Below are positions 52,495-64,000 of a stretch of 64,000 bases of DNA, one piece after another. The first letter of the stretch is position 1. Each line of letters starts with the position of its first letter. Source of the DNA: Dipteris shenzhenensis (lineage: Eukaryota). The DNA lies in the NCBI GenBank assembly GCA_047967505.1, contig CM106538.1; one strand, written 5' to 3'. The notes under the pieces were generated by a model. It did not search any database, was not told the origin of the DNA, and saw only the letters and a list, made by a program, of their open reading frames with translations. The position numbers and the translations under genes are program-made.

Positions 52495-52609
52495 TGGATG
52501 ACATAGAAGATTAGGGTGTTCTACACCCACCAAAGCTTGTGTGCTCTCTCTTCTGGCTCTCCCTCTCTCTCACCTTCTTCTGTTCCACTTCCGTTGTTGA
52601 GATCTGTCA
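52412..52609 (+). repeat. Copia 3' LTR
   Basis: Preceded by the PPT and followed by TSD ATGGG. Confidence 0.95.
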
Positions 52610-55600
52610 ATGGGTGCCATACTTGGGATTTGTCCTATAGGGTCTGCATACCTTTGGTTTGGATCCTTCCCTTATTGGTATGGTATGTACTGCAACTTTA
52701 GGGGAAATCGCTTTCATTTCTTTGTAGGACCATGCCATGCAATCTCTATATTCCTTCAGCAATGCTTTTAATTCTTTTTCTTCTTCTAGAGTGAGCTATT
52801 TACCAATGTATACATGCTTTTCTTCTTCTCCGTCCAAGGCAAGATTCAGTTTCCTTGTCTTCGCTGGTCCTTCATAAATTGGGGTATCCTCATTATTCTC
52901 TTTTTTGTGAGCTTTGATTCCCTGACTGGTCTAGGCATTGCTATTGTTGCTTCTCACTTAGTGTAGTTTTTAAAGTAATCGGGAACTTCCCTTAGGATTT
53001 CATGGCACTTTGAGGTGCTTTCTTGGCTGCTGCTAGTTTCACTGGAAGATATTTGGTCCAATTTAGCTGTGTTTCCTTATTCTTCTTTTTTGTTGTTATT
53101 CACCATTTCACTTTTTTTCTCACATTGGGTTTGAACTTTCTAAGTTTGTTGCTTTGTGAGACTAGTGATGGATTTTCAATAGGAGTCACACTCCCAAGGA
53201 GTGGTTCTTCGGCCATACAGGCACCTTCAAGCCCTTTGGGATCCCATTTTAAATTTGGGGACTCAGGTGCTTTTGTGGGCTTTGTCAAATACAATTCCAC
53301 CACTCTGGCCTATATTCTTTTGAATTCATTGAAGTTCTCTATCTTGACCTTTTGATGTTGCATACCCTCCTTCTTTTTCCTAGATTTATTGCTATTGGCT
53401 ATTGCTGGAGGGCCTATCTTGGGATATTCTATGGCCATGAGTGCTTGTAGGATTGCCAAGTCATTGTCAAATACTTGGCCTTCCAAGGTGGCATTATCAG
53501 CTTCAGTTTCTATATTCCAATCAATGTCTGCACCGTAACCTTCTATTATGGCCTCTTCGGGGTCACAATCCCACTCGACGCTTGCCATGAAGACTAGCAT
53601 TTCCACCACTTCTGATTCATCATCCTAGATTGGTGCTTCTAGCTAGATCATTTGGGCATCCACATCTGGCAACATTGGATGTGTTATTTCATAGTTATCG
53701 ATTGTAGCCAATGCCTGTATCCAATTATTGATGTCACTTTGTGTATCCCTTTATATGGGTTTAAGTACATTGGTTGGTACAGGGGATGTGGCTGTAGTAG
53801 AGGAAGTGTCTTCTACATTTCTAGGAATAGTGGTTTCGATTTCCCCTATTCCCAAATTCATCTTGATAGCGATTTCTCTATTTTGGATTGTGATTCTATC
53901 AGTGTCCCAATCATAGAGTACTGATGCTTTTCAAAGACATGGTCTTCCCAACAATATCTGGTATGTTGTGGCTTCCTTGGGAAGATCCAAGATAGTAAAT
54001 TGGAGAGTGAACATGACTCCAGCAATTTTTGTTGACACATTGTCAATGATATTGTGGTCGGTTGGGTGGATGTTGAATGTGGCCTTCTGCATCGGAGGTA
54101 GGCCCCATTCTTCATTTATCTCTCTTGCTAGAATGTTTACTCTAGCTCCATCGTTCACTATTGTAGGGTATTAACCAAAGGCTTTATGCTCTAGTGGGAT
54201 GGTTACATTCTTGATGTCATCCCTAGCATCAAATTTTACTAAAATAACCTTTTCCTCTTCTTCGGGTGGGGGGATGCATTGTGAATATTTGATCCATCCC
54301 TTGAAGTTCTCCCCCCTTTGGAAGTTGTTGGGATCAATCGTTGTGTCAATGCTAGGTGATGATGGTGCTCTGACCTCTGCTGCTTACCATCCTATCTATC
54401 TTAAATTTTTCTTGCTCCTGTTGTACCCATTGCTTCAACGCTTGGTAATGAGCCTTCTCAACTTTAGCGTTTGGTATGCTTCCTTGGCTTCTTGGGTGGC
54501 ACTTTTCATGGATGTGCTAGGCATGAGTTGTGGGATTGGCATGGCTTGTTTTGCCAGAGGGCTCTTTGCTTTTTGAGCGGAAAGGAGTTTTTGTCATGCC
54601 ACTTCTTTCTGTTGTCTTGTTATGATCAAGACTAGCTAGGATGCCACACTTTGTGTTGCCACACTATGATTTTCCACACTTATCATCCCCAGGGGTACAT
54701 CAGGTTTTACTTTTATGGTTGGTTAAGGCTTTGTTCTTAGTGGTCAGTCCATGCAGGCATGCCCAACTCCGCATTCCCTACATACAGGTTGGAATGTAAT
54801 GGGATTACCCTTGGGGCATTCCGCTATGCGGTGGTTTTCTCCACAACTGAAACACTTGATGGGTATTCGATATGTGGTGGGCCTTACTTGATTAGCATAC
54901 ACTGGAATGAGTCCTTCGGCACCATCCATGTGGTATATAGGGTATTCTGTTTTATACTCATAGTGAGGTTCCAGCTCTTCATATTGGATTTGTTACACCC
55001 AAAACTACTGGAGCAAGATTGGAAGCCCGAGGATATTGTGGAGGATTGAGATTCCTCATTAGTTGAGGCACTTGAGATGTGGCACTTGTGCATTAGGTGC
55101 TAGTGCTGGTTGCTTGTACATTGGGATTGGTAGCTATTGGTTCGGGGTTGTGCTACCCTCATATTATAGAAACAAGTATTTACATCATGCCCTGCAACAT
55201 TGCAAATGGGACACCATAACCGTGGAGGCTGAGCTGCTTCTCATGGGTTTAGTTTGTTCCTCAGGATTGGGCATTCATTGGCTATATGGTTGGCCATACA
55301 ATGTGGGCACCAAACATTTTCTCTCCGTGGGTACTATGGTGGCTGAGAGACGTGCAACTTTTCTGCATCATTTCATCTTTTACTCTTAGGGCCATGGCTT
55401 CTACTCTGTCCTCGGTGGTGCGATCCTTGTTGGAAGTGCTTCCCTTCTTCGAAGATTTCTTATCGCGATGACTTGATAGCCATCAATGTCACTATGAGAA
55501 TCGGTCATGTTGTTCTCAATGTCAATTGTAGCTTCATGAGCTTCGTTGAAATGTGCATAGTTGTGCTGACTTTTTTCATGTCCTTGTGAATGGATTTTTT

Positions 55601-58600
55601 TAGTCCAGAGATAAACCATGCTATGAGGTACTTGTCATCTGAATGGGGAATACAATTTAGTATTAATATTTTCTTTCTTCCTAAGTATGTTCTGACCTTT
55701 TCTTTCTTGCACATTGCTATATTGCCTAGTTGTAATGCGGGGTCATCTTGCAGCCTTTATGTTTGGAACCTTCTTTTGAACTACTTAGATAGCAGTGCTT
55801 CCCATGTGGCTATTTCCTCCACGAGAAGATTAAGGTACCATTCTGAGGCCTCATTGGTTAGTGCCATCGAAAACTAAGAGACTTTGGTTTCATTTGACTA
55901 ATCACCTCCAGCACAACATGCTCCATCGAAGAGTTGAATGAACCTGACGGGATCCCCTCATCCATCATACTTTGACATTTCCAATTTACCAAAGTGTCGT
56001 CTGCCATTGTTGTTGTGGTTGCGGTTGTGTTGTTCACCAAAGTACTTTGCAAGATGCCGATCATCGTTACCTATTTCTTCTTCAAACCTTAGGTCCTCCA
56101 TGCTGCTTATCGATGGTGAGAGGTTGAATTCTTGGAGAGCGTCGAGGGTCGAAGAAAGCTCATGAAAGTATGTAGGTGCTAATCTTCATCCAGATCTGAG
56201 GTGCATACACAATGCTTAGTTGTATCTGTCAAGTGAGTGCATTTGACTTTGAAATCCGCAATTGATTTTGACCTTCATAGCCTGATAATGGCAAAAAATA
56301 TGCAATTGACAGGTCGAAATCAGTGCCTATGTAATGACAACTACCGAGACTGAAAATGATGGCTAAAAGACTTGAAAATTATCACTTGAGATTTGACTTT
56401 GCATGTGTGAATCATGACGTCAGACTGAGTGTGCTTTGGTCTTCAAACGGCCAAGATACGGGCCCTCAAAGAAGGGGTAAAAATGTTAGGGGGGGTTAGA
56501 GATGCATTAGTGTATTATGGACTGTCGTGTTAAAAATGTACCTAGGATTTTCCCACGTGAGTGGGGGAATGTGTCAGTGTAGATGGATTGTCAATCGGAG
56601 GTCATGGTGGAAACTTATGAGTGAAATAGTGCGAAAAGAGGCCCACACGAGGGTGCAAATTGACGAGTGTCATGGATTCCTAAATGTTGTGTAATGGGTT
56701 GGAAATTTTTCCCATAGTGTAGTGTTTCTGTGTGTGAAGTTGTGGCTCAATCCCGGTCCAATTTGGGTCCCAAATGAGCGAGTTATGGACCTTTAAATTT
56801 GATAAAAGTTATGGATGCTAGAATGAAATCACCTAAGTAGGTAGATGCACTATGACATGTATCTCCGCATGTGGCTAGAGATGTGAGAGCCTTGGTACTA
56901 CAGACTTACCTGTTGAAAAATTGCATGATGATAACTGAACTCCTGCTGTGTATCTTCATCTGATGTGACTGTAGATGGAGTCAAATTCATGCATGAATGT
57001 GATGGCTGTACATCACTAGAATAAACTGTGCTATTGTAGATGGGAGTGCCTCATATTCGGGGCTTACCATCAAATGTGCCTCATCCTGAGGGCTTACCAT
57101 CAAATGTGCATGATTAGAAACTTTAGACTAGTCCATTCTAACATGTGATAAATTTGGATCTACTAACCTCTTGAGACCAATTGCATCATCAATTAGTACA
57201 TACCCTTTGGCAATGAATGGTCAAAGTAGGTTCTCTTTCCACTCATGGATCTCATCCAAAGTCATGACTGGTGTATCATCAACTGTGTGATTTGCATAAC
57301 TCTATGCTAGAGGCATCTCGGTGCTCGGTGCTAGAGGCTTACCTATATACCAACATTGAAAGTGTCTTGTCTACCCATGAGAACACTACATGAGAAGTTG
57401 CCACTTGGGTCTTATGCTCAAGCTGCCAAAGGCTTACACTAAACGGTCACTGTGAACCATGTCATGTGATGGAAGAAAAATTGTGTGCCAAGGGTCAAGC
57501 TTGTAACACAATGATGACAACAGTGTGTAAGGAGTAGCCGAGAGGCTGTATAAGGATGATGTATATGTGTAGGAACCAATCCCAAAAAACACTCAACAAA
57601 TATGACTATACATGGGTGGCATACGTGTGTGTAGGATGTTTGCAACAATACTGAAATCCGAAAAAGGGATAACTCTGCCAAGTGTCACAAAATCCCTGAT
57701 GTGAAGAAGTGCCAAATTGCTGGATGTACTGAACTGGTGTCAAATGTGTGAGTGTGTACATCGATGATAGATCCGAAGGTACCGAGTGTGAGTGTGTACA
57801 TCAATTGTGGAGTTCAATCTCCTCTAAGGATGTGCTAGTCCATTGTAGCTAGACTACACATTGAAGCATAAAATGTTGCAAAAAGAGTTTTAGTTCATTC
57901 ATTTTATGTGCTGTATTCCTATAATGGATCAGGAGGTAGTTTCGATGAAGAGGATTGAATATTGGGAACCTATGCATAAGTCAGGCTATAGATTTGAGGT
58001 GCTCATTGAGTAGAGGATGATCTGTTGATCATTTTTTCTTTTTGGATCACGTCAAAATTCCATCTCGATTAAAAGCTATGGGCATTTGAAATTTGCACCA
58101 CACTTTGTCCAAGGAAGGGTCCAAATTGATGATGTGTCACATGTGATGATGTGGTAGTGTGGGATCACATGCTGATAGCAAAGTCGTGCCTGTATGGCAC
58201 TATGTGCTTAAGTGGCACATGTTGACATGGCATGCTTATGTGGCATGTTGATTGTGCTATTGACATGGCACTACCACATGTCATGATGATGTGGGAGTGC
58301 AGAGGTGGCCACTGCTAATGTGGCTATGCCATGTGTCAGATGACATGGCAAGATAACACTGTGTGCCACAAGTGGCAGCTAAGGTTTGAGACCTTAGAAG
58401 CTTATGAAGGCTGACTAAGGAGCTAGGTATTGACTGAAGCAGTGATCGGCAAAAGGAACCGCGATTCTTGAGAAAAAGCGAAAGTTGGCAGAGGAGCGAG
58501 CACGACTGGAAAAGCTTGGAGTAGTGTCTCCCAAGAAAGCGAATGGCCCTATGACAGAGGACAAGGTCATAGATATCAAGGGAGCCAACGGCAATTCTGT

Positions 58601-60249
58601 GCTCAATTTTTCCCTCAGCAGGCTTCTTTCTACGATCGTGAGTGAGATAGACAAAGCTGTAGAGTCTTTACTGCTTGGAGATGGAAGAAGATGGTGGCAG
58701 TGGAGGTGACACGGACACTGCAAGGAGACAGCAGTCCATCGATTGGCTGTAATTAACTGAGTATTGCCCGTGGTCATTCCTTGCTTCCTGTTGCACATAG
58801 CTTTGCTATGTTGTGGCGTGGTTTGAGTCGAGTCAAGGTTGTTGCATGTGAGTGGCTGTGACGCCTTGCTTTTGATGTGAGCTTGTTGAAACATGCATTC
58901 GTCTGAGTGTTTGCTTGCCTTGCGGGTGGCGGTTGCTACCACTGAAGCTATTTGTTGAAGCATGTGTGTTGTGTTGAGCATGTCGGCCATCGTATGAGCT
59001 GCACTCTTGTGGCCTTCGCTAGGTCTGCTCTTTGCCTAATAGTGACATGCTCTTGCCATTTCTCACTAGCATTATATTTATGGGGTATTTCCTTTAACTG
59101 CTATTGAAAATGCTAAAGGGAATAGCTTCATTATAATGATAGCTGTTGCGTGTGTGGTCCATCATGTAGAATTGCGCTAAGTTGTAGACTTTGCTCGTGT
59201 TCATTGTAGATCTACTAAGATGGCATCCTGGGTGGCCAAAGATGCGACTGGAGAGGCTTGAAGGCTCTCTCTCTCTCTCTCAACTCAAATGAACCTTACA
59301 AAGTTAGACCTTGTGAAAGTCGAGAAATCCAAAAATGTCTCATAAAATACCTCTTAACCTCTTAAAGAACATCTCTATACACAAAGAACTAAATGGTCAT
59401 ATCTCAAGCTCCATAAGGCGTAATCTTGAGCTTCTTAAACCAAAATGGAGAGAAGAATTATCTCTACAAAGAGAGCTAGAAGATGCCTCAAAGGGAGGGC
59501 TTGTCACCTTGACGAAGCAAGGGCTTTCACTCTCTCTCACATAACTTTCTCAAAATCAAATGAACCTTGTACATCTCTTGCTCATGATAAAATGGAGACG
59601 GAGATGCCTCGCGTAAGGAGGGCTTGACACTCACTCATGGAGTGGGAGCACCATCAGCTTTGATACCATGATAAAGTGGAGACAGAGTGGAGTGCACATA
59701 TTATAGCTACCTATACACTGTGTTGAATTGAACATAATCATGAACGAGCCGTGCTTTGCACACGGGCAAAGATGCATGACCATCCTCAACAACTCCCCAT
59801 CTGAAGGTGGATCTTTGATTCTTAAATTGCTAATCAATTCACCTTGCATACTTGGATTGGAATTTGAAAATTTGGCTAAGACTTAACCCATGGCTCTGAG
59901 ACCTTCCATCTCCTCCTTTCATTCCATTAACCTTCCATCTCCTCCTTCCTCCCGAAGGTGACCTTCCATCTCCTCCATTCCATTGACCTTCTATCTCCTC
60001 CTTGTCCCTAAAGCTGCCTCTTGTCTTTCCACCTCTTCCCCAAAGCCTACCTATTGTCTTTCCACCTCCTCCCCCCTCCAAGCTTCCATCCAAGAGCTCC
60101 TTTTTTGTGACACGTGGTAGGCTCTTCTCCTCCAAGTTGCCACGTGTCCTCTCTTTTTTTTTTTTGTGTCTGTGGTTAATAGGTTAAAGATATATACATG
60201 AGAACCCCTTAGGGTTAGGGTTGAGGTTTGCCCCTAATGCCTATCTAGA

Positions 60250-62040
60250 TAGTGCAATTTACACCATCCTCAATAGGAGCTTTGCAGCCATGGAAGAGAA
60301 TGCCTATCCATTACATTTGGGTAGACCTTGGCTCAAAAGTGCTAAGGTACTCCATGTTTTGGGTTATGAAAATCAGAATCAAAGAGACTAAGCCAAGATA
60401 CCCATCAACCTTAGCAAGATTTTGAGGATTTACTGATTGCCACAAAGACTTGGAAGAGGAAGATCAACTTTCATAAGATGTGGAAACGAGGCTCATCAAG
60501 ATGATCATCTTACCAGTGGGTGAAATTGACATATTCCAAGTGATAGCTGAAATCAAGCAAGCGCAAGGAGAGAAGAAGCTAGTAGAATAGAAACACCTCT
60601 ACCCCAAGCACTACTCTGAATATGTAATGGGAAGAGAAAACTAGCCAAACCCAAGGTGACAATCAGTCAACTTGGCATAAAAGATCCGGTCCCCAAGCAA
60701 CACAAGGGTTGACCTTGGGCTCAAAAGAAGAAACTTAGACCATAAGGGTAGTAAGAATGTGACAACAACTCAACCGAAGAAGATTAAGGCTTTGTTCACA
60801 AGCTTCAAAGGTATCTTTCCATGGAGCTACAAGAGAGCTACAATGACTTGAGAGGTGTCTTTTCTAAAGATCTATTAACACAAGATCCCCTTAGTACCAG
60901 ATGCCAAACTAATGCACTAGTAGAGATACAAGATGAATTCCAATTATGCTTAGTAGGGAAAGGCCAAGCTTGACCAGCTTTGATAAGAGCGGGATTCATC
61001 TACACAATGAACATGAGTGATTATCTCTTCCCCTCTTCCCCATTGTGGTGGTCCCAAAGAAATATGGGAAGCTCTAAGTATGTGTATCCGAATTACAAGA
61101 AGTAGAATGCCCAGACTATATCAGACCAATTTTCCATTCTCTTCACAAACAGCTTGGCCCGAGTAGCAAGTCAGGAAATGAACACATTCTTGGATGGGTA
61201 CAATGGCTACAATCAAAATTCCTTAGCACAATAAGATTAATAAAAAGATGTCTTTCATAAGTGAGTGGGCTGCATACACATGTATGGTCTTGCCATTTAG
61301 CTAAGGAACGTGTCATTAGCTTTTCAAACATTCATGGTGAAAACATTCAGAGAGTATTTGGTCTAGTTCCTAGCTATTTACTTAGATGATTTTTGTGTTT
61401 ACATTAAAACAAATTGGTCACCTCTCCTACATCAAAAAAGTCTTCAAGACGTGCTGAGAAGTAGGGATCTCCATAGCAAGTTGGTGTGTTTGCTCTAGGG
61501 ATGGGTTTTGAACCAAGCAATCAAAGATTGAAGCCATTTAAAACAAATGCCAAAGCCCAAGAATCAAACCTAGCTTTGCTCGAGCATGTTACCTCTAAGG
61601 ATGGGATCCGAACCTGAGGAATCAAAGTTAGAAGCAAAAACCCAAGAGTCTAACCCAATTGTGCTCATTCATAAGATTTTTATTAGTTTCTATAGGAGGT
61701 TTATCAAATACTTTGCTAGGATCGTAGCACCGCTCACCAAAAAGGAGGTGAAGTTCCATTGGAATGGAGACTTGTCTATGGCACTCAAATCCTTGAAGAA
61801 GTGAGCAACAATTACACCCATTCTATATCAACCAAGATGGGATATGGTCTTTCAAATACATTTTGGTGCCTTAGGGTATGCCATAGGTATCAGCTTAGCA
61901 TAGCAACCAAATGGTTGATTAGACTACTTGGTCTATTATGCCAAACACTTGGGGACTTTTCTTGAATGAAACTATAGCACCACCAAGTGAGAGGCTCCAT
62001 GTTGGAGTGGGTTTCCTTTCAAGACTATTGGCACTAGCAA
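60250..62040 (+). mobile_element. Highly decayed gypsy pol fragment (protease end, RT, RNase H)
   Basis: LGRPWLKSAKV near 60317, PIVVVPKKYGKL near 61039, YLDDFCVY near 61379, FYRRFIKYFARIVAPL in ORF 61586-61804. Confidence 0.8.
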
Positions 62041-62059
62041 TTCACTTCTTGGGTGACCT

Positions 62060-63260
62060 GATTGACGACAGTTGTTTGCATGTTGTACCAAGATTCTAAA
62101 CTGCCATGGCCTGCTTTACACAAGCATTACAAACTACCATGTACCAAGATTCTAAACTACCATGGCCATGCTTTACACAAGCATCACAATAATTAGTGTG
62201 GCACTCTTCTTTTGTTTGACCTCTTTGTGAGAAATTTTCACACCACTTCTTGCTAGCTCTTGGTCTTCCTCGAATGCCTGTATCTTGCAACACCTTTTTG
62301 AGTTGGATTGTTAGCGCTTTCTTCTTTGTTCCTCCTCCTTGCTCTTCTTGGCTTTTTTCTTTTTCTTGTACTTGATCATGCCACTTTTCTCCAAAGAAAT
62401 AGCTCTATCAAGAGTTCTTTGTAGTTTCTTGTTGGGTTGACTATCTCCAATGACCCAAGATCCATGTTCATACCACTGAGAACAGCCATGTATGTAGCAT
62501 TTTGTCTTCAGGTATCTTGATCAATTGATTAACAGGGCTCTCATGTGTAATACAAATTCTTGAATCGCCTCCCCTTCTTTTGCTTCAATTCGTTGAGCTT
62601 GGTTGAAATCCCCTTAATCGACTTCTTGACAAAACTGCCTCAAGACGGCTTTCGACATATGCTAGTACAGAAAGTGCCCAATGGGGAATTATATGAATTT
62701 GCGCCATTCTCACCAATGTGCACAAGAAGCAATTCATGTACTCATATTTCCTTGACACTTATTGATGTGGTGAACACTTTGAGAACATTGTATAGGTTGT
62801 TGTATGGATCTTCATCTTCAAATGCCTTGAAGTCTTGGAATTTCATCTTTATTGGTTGGGATGATTTTGTTTGGTGCCTTGCTACCGAGGGGCTCCTCGG
62901 GCTTTGCAGTTTGCCTTCTAGACTCTCGAACGTCATCCTTCGATCCAAGCTTCTAGACCAAGGATTTTCATGGCTTGGTATTCTTGGTTTTTTGGGTCTT
63001 TCCTGGGTTGTGGCATGCCTTTGCTCTAGACTATGCCTTACCTCCTGTCGTGCATACCTTCACTCATGGTTATGTGCATGAATCAACTCTGGACTTTGTA
63101 TGCCTTCATCTAGTCTGGCATGTGGCTCTTAGAGATGTGCTTCTTGACTTCCTTCATTCTATAGAGCATGCCACTCTCAATCCGATCCATGCCTTGACTC
63201 ATTCTTTCTTTAATCATTCAATCTAGCACGTTGCTATCAGTTTGATGCATATCTTGACTC
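62060..63260 (-). mobile_element. Decayed LTR-retrotransposon gag region
   Basis: Gag-like FQDFKAFEDEDP (62742-62948) and Cys/His knuckle remnants (62096-62293); adjacent to the LTR-like 63272-63838. Confidence 0.55.
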
Positions 63261-63271
63261 AAGGCTCTTTC

Positions 63272-63838
63272 TGTAAGAAAATAGTACGCAGCGGAAGATA
63301 ACAACAAAACGCAAGTACACGATGGAAAGCTGGAGAGAATACAAAAATTCTGATATACCAAACTGCTGATACAACTAATGGTTGGCTGTCCACCCGTGCA
63401 CTCTACAGACAGAGCTTCGATGGTGATCTAGACAGATGCTGGACGGAGGACTATGAGCGTGAAGAACTGGTGATATGATGATAGGGGGTGGCCACTTATA
63501 TAGTGTAAGTGGTTGACGGTCGGCCCTGTAATAGGCAGTCGGCCTAATAGACAGTCGGCCTGGAAGACCAGCCGACCCCCACCGGGGGCCTGCGCCCCCC
63601 GGACCCCCTGCTTTGCCCCCAGACCCCCACCGGGGGCCTGCGCCCCCCGGACCCCCTGCTATCGGGGGGGCTATCGCCCCCCCGAACCCCCCCTTTTTGC
63701 AGACGGGTATCTACTCTTGGCTCCTAAGCCGTCTCATAACCATCTGGTCTACTCTAAGACCCCTTCCAGTGTCTAAACTGGGGATCCCTCCCAATATTTG
63801 ATACCCATCATGGCTTCTCCTCATATGGGGGCCTTACA
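63272..63838 (-). repeat. LTR-like sequence with TGTAAG...CTTACA termini
   Basis: 6-bp terminal inverted repeats; TATA-like tataag on the minus strand near 63496; internal GC-rich repeats; no TSD. Confidence 0.6.
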
Positions 63839-64000
63839 ACATTGGGTACACAGAATATTGGTGGGTTACATGAGAGGTGGACATTTGAGCTAACTCTAAC
63901 ACTTTCTTGCTCGTCTGATCTAGCGCATCGCTCTCGATCCGATGCATATCTTGACTCAAGGCTTGATATATATTGCATTTTTGGATGGCCTTGCTCGTAG

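Larger units (their letters stand above)
46725..52609 (+). mobile_element. Full-length but decayed Ty1/copia element with both LTRs and 5-bp TSD
   Basis: LTRs 46725-46911 and 52412-52609 (TG...CA), TSD ATGGG at 46720-46724 and 52610-52614, PBS TGGTATCAGAGC 46914-46925, PPT 52401-52410; gag CHHCGKKGHMKKDC, WILDSG, VHSDVCGP, MDVKTAFLHG, TKHIEVRYHFIRE. Confidence 0.97.
42100..57110 (-). mobile_element. Decayed Ty3/gypsy retrotransposon interrupted by a copia element
   Basis: Gag remnants 55400-56200, CFSCGENHRIAEC knuckle (54744-54929), protease DGARVNIL...ILLGRP (53931-54158), RT (PIVIAPRKNKKLRICV, FLDDLC; 46111-46666), RNase H near 45400-45700, integrase (GHFHG...GYWWPTLW...CDICQ; 44065-45087); LTRs not delimited. 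Confidence 0.88.

Noticed and set aside
57047-57110. Duplicated gggcttaccatcaaatgtg as the gypsy PBS
   Set aside because: A ~30-bp tandem duplication is real, but I cannot match it to a tRNA 3' end or delimit an LTR
60200-60230. ttagggttagggttgagg as an interstitial telomere
   Set aside because: Only two units; too short to support

Overview
Eukaryotic plant nuclear DNA, heavily loaded with transposable elements (TEs) and mostly CpG-depleted. The TE-stuffed introns and element types suggest a large-genome land plant, possibly a fern (inference). Two host genes are supported. (1) A + strand nucleosome assembly protein 1 (NAP1) gene with 11 coding exons from 10032 to 29993, ending in the CKQQ CaaX motif. 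Its first exon(s) were not found and probably lie upstream of the window; two introns (10.5 kb and 6.3 kb) are filled with retroelements. (2) A - strand gene at 39587-41728 encoding a Raf-like/TKL-type kinase with all catalytic motifs intact, fused to an N-terminal domain that reads as a degenerate immunity-related GTPase (IRG/IIGP-like) domain. A probable 123-nt in-frame intron restores IRG-like motif spacing. This pseudo-GTPase-kinase fusion is the top candidate for a novel system. The rest is decayed Ty1/copia, Ty3/gypsy and L1-type LINE elements, including a full-length copia with a target-site duplication (TSD) nested in a gypsy RT. A cluster of microsatellite-associated non-LTR elements shares a 3' stem-loop and includes an ORF1-only, apparently non-autonomous member. 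All domain calls come from motif recognition by eye; no searches were run.
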